Below are positions 14,780 to 24,158 of a DNA stretch of 35,472 nucleotides, in pieces; positions within the stretch are counted from its first letter, which is position 1, and each line of letters starts with the position of its first letter. The DNA is from a virus. The position numbers were made by a program, and so were the translations under genes. The notes below the pieces were generated by a model. The model had not been told where the DNA came from. It saw only the letters and a list, made by a program, of their open reading frames with translations, and searched no databases. The stretch is taken from the IMG/VR virus record IMGVR_UViG_3300028008_000050, one strand, 5' to 3'.

Positions 14780-15537
14780 CACAACGTATGGACCTAGGCA
14801 CATTAATGAGTGCAAGTAATCAATGGATAGTAGATATTAGATGTCCTTTCCATGAACAGTTTTTACAGCTATTTGAAAATGACAAGTTTAGGGGTGAAGA
14901 CCAAAGCAAAGTTAAAACAACATTCAATGGTTACCAATATGATATTACTCCTCCTAACTTACCTGCATGGGGTGGCAAAGTTGTAAGGTCAGATAAGATG
15001 AATCCTGACACACCTGAACAACAAGGCTTTCCAAGCAGTAAACTTCTTAAAGAAACAAGATTTGAACCATCAGTACAGTCAAACTTTCCTCCTATAGACA
15101 AAGAAAAGTTTGATAACATTGATTGGAAACAACTAATGGAATGGGTAATGAAAGTTGTTAGACGCAACGGCATTCCTGTTAAAACTATTAAAGTAAGTAA
15201 GACTTGGTGTGTTGACTATAGTGATGGCGGATACCAAGCAATACACAATCACGGAAGTGCATGTATTAGTATGGTAATGGCTATGGATGAAACTCCTGTT
15301 AACGACAGTGACCATAAAACTATGTCACCTGACAACGGTATGCTTTACACACTAATGCCTAATCCAGATGGTACACAAGAATACAATCAATTTGCACCAT
15401 ATCCAGGTAGAACAGTTATTATGGATGGTAGAGTGTGGCACGGAGTTTATCCTTGTAAAGCACCAAGGCGTACATGGGTAGTTGACTTTGACTTTGATTA
15501 CTTTGCACCAGACGAGGAGTTTGATCCTAATGAGTGA
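14776..15537 (+). CDS. 2OG-Fe(II) oxygenase-like paralog
   Basis: KTWCVDYSDGGYQAIHNHGSA...PGRTVIMDGRVWHGVYP. ATGA overlap with the upstream gene. Confidence 0.55.
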   Translation: MTQRMDLGTLMSASNQWIVDIRCPFHEQFLQLFENDKFRGEDQSKVKTTFNGYQYDITPPNLPAWGGKVVRSDKMNPDTPEQQGFPSSKLLKETRFEPSVQSNFPPIDKEKFDNIDWKQLMEWVMKVVRRNGIPVKTIKVSKTWCVDYSDGGYQAIHNHGSACISMVMAMDETPVNDSDHKTMSPDNGMLYTLMPNPDGTQEYNQFAPYPGRTVIMDGRVWHGVYPCKAPRRTWVVDFDFDYFAPDEEFDPNE

Positions 15538-15697
15538 AACATGTGAAACATGTCGTATTGCAATCAGCGAGGACGGCATTGAAATAGATTCAAGTCAAGG
15601 TGATATTATATTAGAAGCAACAGTACTTGGTGGTATTGTAATTGTTATAGCATTATTATATGTAGGCAAGAAGTGGATAGACAGGAAATTTAAGTAA
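15530..15697 (+). CDS. 55-aa CxxC plus TM-anchor peptide
   Basis: MSETCETCRIA... with TM segment LGGIVIVIALLYVG. Start/stop overlap ATGAGTGA. Confidence 0.45.
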   Translation: MSETCETCRIAISEDGIEIDSSQGDIILEATVLGGIVIVIALLYVGKKWIDRKFK

Positions 15698-16239
15698 TGG
15701 ATAAAGTATACACAGGATACAATCAAGCTGTAATTGAAACACACTATGACGGATGGTCTGTTGTACATCAACAAGCAAACAATCACGTTACAGAAGTTAA
15801 AGACTATCCTAGACGAATACAAAGTACTATTGATCCTAACTGTTTTGTAGGTATGGAAAACTGGGTTAGAGATAAAATGAATGAACATAACATACCCGTA
15901 AAGAAAGTAACAGTAGACGAAAGCTGGTTGCACAACTACAAACCACACGAGTATCAGAGTGTACATAATCATACAGGCAAACCTAATCTAATTAGTTTAG
16001 TAATGTATGCACAAGATTTAGAATTAGATCTACCAAACGATAATTCGGGTTCGTTATACACGATTATTGCAGAAAGAGATCTTACCCTTAGTATTAATGA
16101 GATAGTACCTACACCAGGTAAAACAGTACTAATGACAGGCAACGTTAATCATGGAACGTACCCTTACCACAACGTAAGGAGTGCATTGGTTATCAATTTT
16201 GTAACAGAATGGCTAGAGCCAGAGGAAGAAATTAAATGA
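15697..16239 (+). CDS. 2OG-Fe(II) oxygenase-like paralog
   Basis: ESWLHNYKPHEYQSVHNHTGK...PGKTVLMTGNVNHGTYP, colinear with the 14776 product. Confidence 0.55.
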   Translation: MDKVYTGYNQAVIETHYDGWSVVHQQANNHVTEVKDYPRRIQSTIDPNCFVGMENWVRDKMNEHNIPVKKVTVDESWLHNYKPHEYQSVHNHTGKPNLISLVMYAQDLELDLPNDNSGSLYTIIAERDLTLSINEIVPTPGKTVLMTGNVNHGTYPYHNVRSALVINFVTEWLEPEEEIK

Positions 16240-16916
16240 GTTTAATAACCGAACAGTATGATTATAAAGAGCTAAAAAGAGAAAGCGTAAACGGCAAGCG
16301 TTTGTACGCTTGTCCAGATGGTAACCATGTAGCAAGTGTTACAACAATCCTTAGTAAAACGAAGGATATGACGCATTTAAACGCATGGCGTAAGCGTGTT
16401 GGAGAAAAGAAAGCACAAGAGATTGTAACAGAAGCCGCTAGTGTTGGAACACGTATGCACAAGTTCTTAGAGGATTACATACTAGAAGGCGAATGGCCAC
16501 AACCAGGCAGTAACCCTTACAGTCAACAAGCAAACAAGATGGGTGAACAAATCCGTGATAATGCTATGGTTGACGTAGATGCTATATGGGGTACAGAAGT
16601 GATGCTTTATCACCCTCAAATCTACGCAGGAACGACTGATCTTGTAGGAACATACAAAGGCCAGCCTTGTATTATGGACTTTAAACAATCTAACAAGCCT
16701 AAGAAGAAAGAATGGATTGAAGATTACTATTTGCAGTTAACAGCCTATGCCTTAGCACATAACGAAATATACGGCACAGACATTAAAGAAGGGCATGTAT
16801 TTGTATGCTGTCGCGACTTAACGTATCAGCAGTTTGATCTATGGCCAGACGAATTTAAGGAGTGGGAATCTAAGTGGTGGGACCGTGTATATCAATATTA
16901 TGACTCCATGAAGTGA
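16236..16916 (+). CDS. PD-(D/E)XK (RecB/Cas4-like fold) exonuclease
   Basis: GTRMHKFLE...GTTDLVG...IMDFKQSNKPK...YYLQLTAYALAH (D...D/E-x-K...QxxxY). Confidence 0.7.
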   Translation: MSLITEQYDYKELKRESVNGKRLYACPDGNHVASVTTILSKTKDMTHLNAWRKRVGEKKAQEIVTEAASVGTRMHKFLEDYILEGEWPQPGSNPYSQQANKMGEQIRDNAMVDVDAIWGTEVMLYHPQIYAGTTDLVGTYKGQPCIMDFKQSNKPKKKEWIEDYYLQLTAYALAHNEIYGTDIKEGHVFVCCRDLTYQQFDLWPDEFKEWESKWWDRVYQYYDSMK

Positions 16917-16922
16917 TAAATA
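16916..16922 (+). promoter_or_regulatory. ATAAATA late-type box (GATAAATACT)
   Basis: 26 nt upstream of GTG 16948. SD TAGGAGAAATA follows. Confidence 0.45.
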
Positions 16923-16947
16923 CTAATAGCAAATTAGGAGAAATATA

Positions 16948-18576
16948 GTGGCGATTGTACAAATTTCACGTATACAGGTTAGACGCGGACAAAAGAATGC
17001 AGGTACTGGCATACCGCAATTAGCTGGCGGTGAGTTTGGCTGGGCTGTAGATGCTAGAGAACTTTACATTGGTAACGGTTCAGTATCAGAAGGTGCACCA
17101 GCAGTTGGTAATACAAAGATTATTACACAACATGATAACTTGTTTACGTTTGCAGACACATACAAGTACAAAGCAACGGATGAAACAATCCAAACAGGTG
17201 CTACTGCTACAACTCCAGTTACTAGAACATTACAAGAAAGACTAGACGAAACAGTAAATGTATTGTCGTTTGGTGCATTAGGTGATGGTTCAGATCAAAC
17301 AACAGTTTTACAAAGAGCTATTGATCAACTATACCTAAACAATGCATCAAAAGGAAGTGTTACAAGTAGAGTAAAATTATATTTTCCAGCAGGTAATTAC
17401 ACATTATCAAACAGTTTAAAAGTTCCGCCACATGCTACACTAGTTGGTGAAGGCAGTGAAAGAACAATCATTACACAGACTGGTGCGTTTCCAATTATAG
17501 AAACTGTTAATAGCACAAGTACTCCAGGTACATATGCCAGTGATGCAACTAGCTCATTTATTAATCAAGCACAAGATATTAAAGTGTCAGGCTTTACACT
17601 AGTACAACAAACTGTTAATACAGGACTAGCATTGACTAGTTGTAGAAACAGTACGTTTGAAGATATTACTATTAAAGGCACTTGGTCAACAGGTACAGTA
17701 GTAACAGCAACACAAGTTGGTGTACTATTAAACAGTTTATCAACAGCAGTAAGTTCAAACAATAATACGTTTACTAACTGTACTATCGAAGGACACTCAT
17801 ATGGTGTGTTTAGTGATTTTGATATTAAAGAAAATACGTTTAGTAATACAACATTTAAAACTTTAGACAGAGGTGTTGTATTTGGACAAGGAACTACTAT
17901 TGGTGCTCAAGGACAATTAACAGGTCCACAGAAAAATACAATTACTAGTAGTACATTTACAGACATTGACGAATACGGTATATTTGTTAACAAGGGTAAC
18001 TATAATAGAAGCACACATAACACATTTACTAGTGTTGGTAACAATGGTGGAGCAAACTCAAATGCTTCATTTGCTATTATTAAGTTTACAGACGGTACTG
18101 CATTAACTAATAGCAGTGACGGTGACTTCTTTGACAGAACAGCAGATTTGTCATATAACCAAACATTGATTTCAGGCTACAAATATGTACCAGAAGTTGA
18201 AGGGCCAGGATTATTTAAAAATGAGTTTTCATATAGAATTCCTGTAGCACAACAGAATACATTTGTAAGAGTATTAAAGTGTAGTGGCGAAGTTAGTAAA
18301 AACGTACAAATTGCGTATGTATACAAATCAACAGCCGTTAACGCAATTAGAGAAGGTGTACTAAACATCTTTGTTAACCTTGCAGACGGAACTACGCAAA
18401 CAACAGACGAGTTTACATTTTTAGGAACTGACGCATACAGACCTAATTTAGAATTTCAAACAGCATTAGCTGATGAGGATGGAGATGCAACTAACGAAAC
18501 AATAGTTGTGCAGATGAAGAATACAACAACTAGTGATACAGGGTCAATATCCTTTAACGTTACATATAAGACTTAA
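16948..18576 (+). CDS. tail fibre / tailspike-like protein with a pectate-lyase-type beta-helix
   Basis: N-terminus IQVRRGQKNAGTGIPQLAGGEFGWAVDARELYIGNG (fibre/Mtd-N-like). VLSFGALGDGSDQTTVLQRAIDQ (pectate-lyase-3-like). Thr/Asn-rich beta-helix repeats. Confidence 0.7.
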   Translation: MAIVQISRIQVRRGQKNAGTGIPQLAGGEFGWAVDARELYIGNGSVSEGAPAVGNTKIITQHDNLFTFADTYKYKATDETIQTGATATTPVTRTLQERLDETVNVLSFGALGDGSDQTTVLQRAIDQLYLNNASKGSVTSRVKLYFPAGNYTLSNSLKVPPHATLVGEGSERTIITQTGAFPIIETVNSTSTPGTYASDATSSFINQAQDIKVSGFTLVQQTVNTGLALTSCRNSTFEDITIKGTWSTGTVVTATQVGVLLNSLSTAVSSNNNTFTNCTIEGHSYGVFSDFDIKENTFSNTTFKTLDRGVVFGQGTTIGAQGQLTGPQKNTITSSTFTDIDEYGIFVNKGNYNRSTHNTFTSVGNNGGANSNASFAIIKFTDGTALTNSSDGDFFDRTADLSYNQTLISGYKYVPEVEGPGLFKNEFSYRIPVAQQNTFVRVLKCSGEVSKNVQIAYVYKSTAVNAIREGVLNIFVNLADGTTQTTDEFTFLGTDAYRPNLEFQTALADEDGDATNETIVVQMKNTTTSDTGSISFNVTYKT

Positions 18577-19001
18577 TGCAAGAATTAAATTTTGAGAGCA
18601 GGCTCTTTGACTGGTCTAGATTTAGAAAGAAACTAGAAACAAGTAATAAGCCCTTCCAGGACGCAATCTCCTACTATGATAGACACGAACGCTGTAAATT
18701 AAGCATTGATCCTTGGGATCGTGCAACATGGCCTAGTCCGTGGGAGATATTACTCCAAAATAAAATTTGTGACTTGACACATAGCCTAGCTGTGTGTTAT
18801 ACTTTACAATTAACTGATAGGTTTTCCCAAAGTGATTTTGAGATACATATCAGTACAGATAAGACAAGTGAGGTATTTTTTTATCCTGTATTCGTAGATA
18901 ACCATGTATTGTGTTATGAATTTGACGAGGTTTGCCAAAGAGCAGATTTACCAACAGAATTTATATCACAACGCATATATCGAATGCCCCGGCTTCAATA
19001 A
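18576..19001 (+). CDS. hypothetical protein
   Basis: 141-aa ORF with a TAATG junction. Confidence 0.6.
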   Translation: MQELNFESRLFDWSRFRKKLETSNKPFQDAISYYDRHERCKLSIDPWDRATWPSPWEILLQNKICDLTHSLAVCYTLQLTDRFSQSDFEIHISTDKTSEVFFYPVFVDNHVLCYEFDEVCQRADLPTEFISQRIYRMPRLQ

Positions 19002-19004
19002 ATA
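18998..19004 (+). promoter_or_regulatory. ATAAATA late-type box
   Basis: CAATAAATACAC, 49 nt upstream of the nrdA ATG. Confidence 0.3.
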
Positions 19005-19052
19005 CACTTACATTAATATTAAAGATTAAGATTAAAGATTAGGAGATAGAGA

Positions 19053-21407
19053 ATGACAAACGGCTTGGGAATCCAAATCCAAAAAAGAGATGGGTCAAGT
19101 GTACCACTAGACATCAATAAAATTCACTTTGTTGTAGAAGAAGCGTGTGAAGGACTAGCAGGAGTTAGTAGTAGTCAAATTGAAATGAATGCAAACATTC
19201 AATTCTATGACGACATGAGTACAGCAGAGATTCAAGAAATCCTAGTTAAAAGTGCAAACGATTTAATTACATTAGAAAATCCTAACTATCAGTTTGTTGC
19301 GGCACGTTTATTATTATACCCTATCTACAAAGAGTCATTTGGCCAATACAATCCTATTCCTTTAATTGATGTAATCAAACGTAACATTGACCGTGGTGTA
19401 TACGATCCAGCTATCTTAGAAAAGTATACCGAAGACGAACTTTCAACATTAAACAAATACATTAAGCATAAACGTGATGAGAACTTTACGTATGCAGGAC
19501 TTCGTCAAGTAGTTGACAAGTACCTTGTACAAGATAGAAGCAGTGGTGACATTTATGAATCTCCACAAATGATGTACATGATGATCGCGGCAACATTGTT
19601 CGCAGAATATCCAGCACAATCACGTATGCAATATGTAAGGAGATACTACGATGCGACCTCCCTTTTTAAAATCAATATCCCGACGCCCGTTATGGCCGGC
19701 GTCCGCACACCTCTTAGACAATTTGCTTCTTGCGTACTTGTTGATAGCGATGATACCCTTAATTCCATTTTTAGTTCTGATATGGCTATTGGGCGTTATA
19801 CCGCACAAAGAGCAGGAATAGGAATTAACGCAGGACGTATTAGAGCAGTAAACAGTAAAATTAGAGGTGGTGAAGTAGCACACACAGGTGTTGTCCCATT
19901 CCTAAAGAAGTTTGAAGCAACAGTACGTTGTTGTACACAAAATGGTGTACGTGGTGGTAGTGCAACTACACACTTCCCAATATGGCATTACGAAATTGAA
20001 GACATCCTTGTGCTAAAGAATAACAAAGGTACAGAGGATAACAGAGTACGTAAGTTAGATTATTCAATTCAGCTTAATAAAACTATGTATGAAAGATTAT
20101 TATCCGGCGGCGATATAACTTTGTTCTCGCCACATGAAGTGCCAGACTTATACGAAGCATTTTATTCAGACCAAGATAAGTTTGCAGAGTTGTATGCAAA
20201 ATATGAACGTAGCAAAACATTACGTACAAAAACTATTTCAGCAATGGACTTGTTTAGTGCATTAATTAAAGAACGTGCAGAAACAGGACGTATCTATATT
20301 ATGAATGTTGATCATGCTAATACACACAGTTCATTTAAGGACACAGTTTACATGAGTAACTTGTGTCAAGAGATTACATTACCAACTAAGCCACTACAAC
20401 ACATTGACGATCCAGAAGGTGAAATTGCATTGTGTATTCTTAGTGCTATTAACGTAGGTAAAATTAACAATCTAGATGAACTAGAAGACTTGTGTGATAT
20501 GGCAGTAAGAGCATTAGATGAAATTATTGACTATCAGAAGTATCCAATTTTAGCCGCAGAGAAAAGTACTAAAGCAAGACGTAGCTTAGGTGTAGGTTAC
20601 ATTGGACTAGCACATTACCTAGCTAAGAATCAAGTTAAGTATAGCGACAAAAAAGCATTAACAAAAGTACACGAGCTAACAGAAGCATTTCAATATTATC
20701 TGTTACAAGCGTCAAACAATCTAGCTAAAGAAAAAGGCAAGTGTGAATATTTTGACCGTACTAAATATAGCGATGGAGTACTACCCATTGACACATATAA
20801 AAAGGACTTGGATGACGTATGCAAGATTACACTAAAATATGATTGGGAGACTCTTAGATCTTCAATTGTTAAGGACGGACTTAGGCACTCAACGTTGTCC
20901 GCACAGATGCCATCGGAAAGCAGTTCCATTGTGTCGAATGCCACAAACGGTATTGAGCCACCTAGAGGATTCTTGTCCATTAAGAAAAGCAAAAAAGGGC
21001 CTCTTAAGCAGATTGTTCCACAGTATCAGTCATTAAAGAACTATTACACATTGCTATGGGATATGCCTAGCAACGAAGGCTATATTAACATAGTAGCAGT
21101 AATGCAAAAGTTCTTTGATCAAGCAATTTCAGGTAACTGGAGTTACAACCCAACACACTTTGAAAACAATGAAGTTCCAATGAGTGTAATGCTACAAGAT
21201 ATGTTAACTACATATAAGCTAGGTTGGAAAACTTCATACTACCAAAACACCTATGACTTCAAGTCTGATCCTAACGATTTAGAAGATGAACAAGAAGAAG
21301 TTAAGTTAGAAAGCCCTATTAACGGCTTTGAACCACAGATTGGACGTGCGGAGTTTAACGGCACAGACGATGAGTACGAAGAATATTGCGACAGTTGTGC
21401 AATTTAG
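19053..21407 (+). CDS. nrdA: ribonucleoside-diphosphate reductase class Ia, alpha subunit
   Basis: N-terminal ATP-cone (IQKRDGSSVPLDINKI), the catalytic NLCQEITLP motif, and a C-terminal CDSCAI tail. 784 aa. Confidence 0.95.
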   Translation: MTNGLGIQIQKRDGSSVPLDINKIHFVVEEACEGLAGVSSSQIEMNANIQFYDDMSTAEIQEILVKSANDLITLENPNYQFVAARLLLYPIYKESFGQYNPIPLIDVIKRNIDRGVYDPAILEKYTEDELSTLNKYIKHKRDENFTYAGLRQVVDKYLVQDRSSGDIYESPQMMYMMIAATLFAEYPAQSRMQYVRRYYDATSLFKINIPTPVMAGVRTPLRQFASCVLVDSDDTLNSIFSSDMAIGRYTAQRAGIGINAGRIRAVNSKIRGGEVAHTGVVPFLKKFEATVRCCTQNGVRGGSATTHFPIWHYEIEDILVLKNNKGTEDNRVRKLDYSIQLNKTMYERLLSGGDITLFSPHEVPDLYEAFYSDQDKFAELYAKYERSKTLRTKTISAMDLFSALIKERAETGRIYIMNVDHANTHSSFKDTVYMSNLCQEITLPTKPLQHIDDPEGEIALCILSAINVGKINNLDELEDLCDMAVRALDEIIDYQKYPILAAEKSTKARRSLGVGYIGLAHYLAKNQVKYSDKKALTKVHELTEAFQYYLLQASNNLAKEKGKCEYFDRTKYSDGVLPIDTYKKDLDDVCKITLKYDWETLRSSIVKDGLRHSTLSAQMPSESSSIVSNATNGIEPPRGFLSIKKSKKGPLKQIVPQYQSLKNYYTLLWDMPSNEGYINIVAVMQKFFDQAISGNWSYNPTHFENNEVPMSVMLQDMLTTYKLGWKTSYYQNTYDFKSDPNDLEDEQEEVKLESPINGFEPQIGRAEFNGTDDEYEEYCDSCAI

Positions 21408-21410
21408 TAC

Positions 21411-21447
21411 TTGACAAATACATAAGACTAGTGTATATTAATAAATA
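21411..21447 (+). promoter_or_regulatory. sigma70-type promoter TTGACA-N17-TATATT followed by TAATAAATAC
   Basis: TTGACA at 21411-21416, TATATT at 21434-21439, ATAAATA at 21441-21447. nrdB ATG is at 21474. Confidence 0.55.
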
Positions 21448-21473
21448 CGCTATTAGAGAAAAAAGAGAGAGAC

Positions 21474-22577
21474 ATGGCAAAGACAGTATTTAATCGTGAA
21501 GCTGTAGACTTCACAAAGCAACATATGTTCTTCGGAGCAGATCAAAACACACAGAGATACGATACATTTCGTTTCCCTGTATTTGACAAACTTAACCAAA
21601 CAATGCTTGGTTACTTTTGGCGTCCTGAGGAAGTATCGTTACAAAAAGATAGAGCTGACTTCCAAAACTTTCGTCCAGAAGAAAAACACATTTTTACAAG
21701 TAACCTAAAGTATCAAACACTACTAGATAGTGTACAAGGAAGAGGACCATGTCTTGCTTTCTTGCCTCATGTATCTTTACCAGAACTAGAAGGTTGTATT
21801 GTTACTTGGGACTTCTTTGAAACTATTCACTCACGTAGTTATACACACATTATGAAGAATGTATATCCTAATCCAAGTGAAGTATTAGATCATATTTTAA
21901 ATGACGATGAAATTATTAAACGTGCAGTTAGTGTAACTAAAAACTATGATGCATTTACAGGTGCGGCAGACGCATTCATTCATCGTAAAGAAGGAACCAT
22001 GCGTGACGTTAAGAAAAAAATGTTCCTTGCTATGATGAACGTAAACATCTTAGAAGGATTACGTTTTTATGTTTCGTTTGCATGTACATTTGCATTTGGT
22101 GAGCTAAAGAAAATGGAAGGCTCAGCAAAGATTATTAGTCTTATTGCTCGTGATGAAAGTCAACACCTTGCATTAAGTTCACACGTTCTTAAGAATTGGA
22201 TGCGTGGCGATGACGATCCAGAGATGGCTAAGATTGCAAAAGAATGTGAAGCAGAAGTTTATGAAATGTGGAAGGCATGTGTTAACGAAGAAAAAGCATG
22301 GGCTAAACATTTAATGAAAGACGGATCAATTATTGGTCTGAACGAAAGACTGTTAGGCGATTACGTAGAGTACATTGCCAACCGTAGGCTTAAAGCATTA
22401 GGATACTCAACTATCTTTGATGCATCATCAACCCAAAACCCGCTACCGTGGACACAACATTGGCTATCTAGCTCAGGCTTGCAAGTTGCACCTCAAGAGA
22501 CAGAAGTTGAAAGTTATATCATCGGTGGGATTAAACAAGACGTGTCAACAGACAGTCTAAAAGGATTTAAACTATAA
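21474..22577 (+). CDS. nrdB: ribonucleoside-diphosphate reductase class Ia, beta subunit
   Basis: Di-iron/tyrosyl-radical motifs (FFETIHSRSYTHI, ARDESQHL). 367 aa. Confidence 0.95.
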   Translation: MAKTVFNREAVDFTKQHMFFGADQNTQRYDTFRFPVFDKLNQTMLGYFWRPEEVSLQKDRADFQNFRPEEKHIFTSNLKYQTLLDSVQGRGPCLAFLPHVSLPELEGCIVTWDFFETIHSRSYTHIMKNVYPNPSEVLDHILNDDEIIKRAVSVTKNYDAFTGAADAFIHRKEGTMRDVKKKMFLAMMNVNILEGLRFYVSFACTFAFGELKKMEGSAKIISLIARDESQHLALSSHVLKNWMRGDDDPEMAKIAKECEAEVYEMWKACVNEEKAWAKHLMKDGSIIGLNERLLGDYVEYIANRRLKALGYSTIFDASSTQNPLPWTQHWLSSSGLQVAPQETEVESYIIGGIKQDVSTDSLKGFKL

Positions 22578-22840
22578 TGCAAAAGGCAGACAACAACACC
22601 ACAGTAGTATATTCAAAACCAAATTGTAGCTATTGTGTAAAAGCAAAACATCTATTAAAAAGTAAAGGCGTAGACTTTATCGAAATGATTATTGGTAAAG
22701 ACATTCCAGTTGAACAGTTGATGGAAGAATTCAAAGTTAATAATCTTCCAATGCCACGAACTGCTCCGCAAATTATTTTCAAGGGTAAGTATATGGGTGG
22801 TTATCACGAATTAGAAAAACACTTAGAAACTGGAGAATAA
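22577..22840 (+). CDS. glutaredoxin (RNR reductant, NrdC-like role)
   Basis: VVYSKPNCSYCVKAKHLL active site, then TAPQIIFKGKYMGGY. Confidence 0.85.
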   Translation: MQKADNNTTVVYSKPNCSYCVKAKHLLKSKGVDFIEMIIGKDIPVEQLMEEFKVNNLPMPRTAPQIIFKGKYMGGYHELEKHLETGE

Positions 22841-22843
22841 TAT

Positions 22844-23161
22844 ATGTTAATTGAAGCACCTTACAAAAAAGGCGATATTGTTACTATTAAACTTATGTCA
22901 GGCGAAGAGCTTGTAGGTAGGTTTGAAAAAGAAGATGATAAACAAATCCAACTTCATTATCCACTAACACTAGTTGCTAGTGAAAAAGGTATTGGCTTAC
23001 AACAGTTCTTGTTTACAGCAGAAGTAAACAGAAGCTATACTGTTAAGCATACTGCTATTTCTTTATGTGTACCTACTGCAAAACAGTTTGCTGAAGCATA
23101 CGAAAAACAAACATCACCAATCATCAAAGCACCTGCAGGATTAGCTGACATCATTAAATAG
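22844..23161 (+). CDS. hypothetical protein, possible Sm-like fold
   Basis: GDIVTIKLMSGEELVGRFEKEDDKQIQL resembles an Sm1 pattern. Weak evidence. Confidence 0.5.
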   Translation: MLIEAPYKKGDIVTIKLMSGEELVGRFEKEDDKQIQLHYPLTLVASEKGIGLQQFLFTAEVNRSYTVKHTAISLCVPTAKQFAEAYEKQTSPIIKAPAGLADIIK

Positions 23162-23164
23162 CAG

Positions 23165-23171
23165 ATAAATA
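23165..23171 (+). promoter_or_regulatory. ATAAATA late-type box (GATAAATACT)
   Basis: 22 nt upstream of ATG 23193. SD AGAGGAG follows. Confidence 0.45.
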
Positions 23172-23192
23172 CTTTGTAAGAGGAGTATTAAT

Positions 23193-24158
23193 ATGCCAGA
23201 AATGATTTATAGACGTATTCAAGACAATGGTAGTATTGTTAACTTTAATGTTGAAAAAGAAGGTACACCATTTATTATTGTTACATATTTAGGAAAAGAA
23301 ACAAGGGTACATGGCCCACAAGCCGCTCTTGATAAAAAGTTTGCAGGTGGAACACCTAAGTATGTTGATGATACTGTAGATGCTAAAGCAGTTAAACTTG
23401 AAACTGCCTGTGATGCTACAATGGCAACTGCAACAGATGCCTGTGCAGTTATGGGTAGTATTGGTTCATTAGCACCTGATGTTGAAACAGCTATATCAGC
23501 CTCCGAAACAGAAGAAAAAATTAACGAGTTACTAACAGAGTCTATGGACGTGGCAGGTGAGGCAACTGAAAAGATTTCTGAAATCAATACTAACATTACA
23601 GATGCAACAGCTAAGACAGAAGAAGTTAATGCTCTTATCGAACGTTTAGAAGCAATAGAACTTGACGATGATACTCCGGATCCGCAACTGTACACAGTAG
23701 CAAGAGAAGAATTAGAAACTGCCTTAGACAATTATATTAATGGTGTGTCTGAGACAATGAACGACTTAAATGAAGTACTAGGTGATGAAGCACCAGACGT
23801 TGGACAAGAGATTAACGATGCGTGTGCAGTAGTGTCAGAAAACATTGGTGCATGTCAAGGTGAACTAAGTGCAATGGTTGCCGCAGTTAAAACAGGTAAC
23901 TGTAAAGGAATAACAACTGCACTACAAAATACAAAGTTTACACCTAGTGGACAAGCAGGTGAGATTAAAGAGAAAATGAAAAGCGATGTTCCGGCACAAA
24001 CAAGAACTATACAATCAAATGGTAGTATTGTTAACTGGAATATTGACAAGAAGAAACCTTTCAGAGATGTTATGCACCAAGGTAAGCTAACAAGAGTATA
24101 TGCTACAACAGAACAACTAGACAAAGCATTTCCTGAATCAATATTGGTAGCAGTATAA
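23193..24158 (+). CDS. repeat-capped acidic protein 1 (novel ~45-aa domain at both termini)
   Basis: N-terminus IQDNGSIVNFNVEKEG...RVHGPQAALDKKF. C-terminus IQSNGSIVNWNIDKKK...RVYATTEQLDKAFPES. The middle is acidic and helical. Confidence 0.65.
   Translation: MPEMIYRRIQDNGSIVNFNVEKEGTPFIIVTYLGKETRVHGPQAALDKKFAGGTPKYVDDTVDAKAVKLETACDATMATATDACAVMGSIGSLAPDVETAISASETEEKINELLTESMDVAGEATEKISEINTNITDATAKTEEVNALIERLEAIELDDDTPDPQLYTVAREELETALDNYINGVSETMNDLNEVLGDEAPDVGQEINDACAVVSENIGACQGELSAMVAAVKTGNCKGITTALQNTKFTPSGQAGEIKEKMKSDVPAQTRTIQSNGSIVNWNIDKKKPFRDVMHQGKLTRVYATTEQLDKAFPESILVAV

Noticed and set aside
5816-15537. The identical ATGAGTGA start/stop overlap at two unrelated gene junctions (5816-5823 on the minus strand, 15530-15537 on the plus strand).
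   Set aside because: This is ordinary translational coupling. Sharing an 8-mer twice in 35 kb is not significant by itself.
16948-18576. The Mtd-like N-terminal domain of the tail-fibre protein as a hint of a diversity-generating retroelement.
   Set aside because: No reverse transcriptase, template/variable repeat pair or adenine-biased near-repeat is visible in the window.
23219-23731. Long antisense ORFs opposite well-supported genes. Examples: 23219-23731, 25066-25584, 25022-25375, 11358-11834, 30535-30987, 29908-30297, 9682-10074, 13079-13408, 8477-8818 and 7366-7692, all on the minus strand.
   Set aside because: Each lies fully inside a plus-strand gene that has recognisable motifs, an SD or promoter, or paralogy. 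Their translations are low-complexity (Ser/Leu/Cys-rich) and lack initiation signals. They are shadow ORFs.
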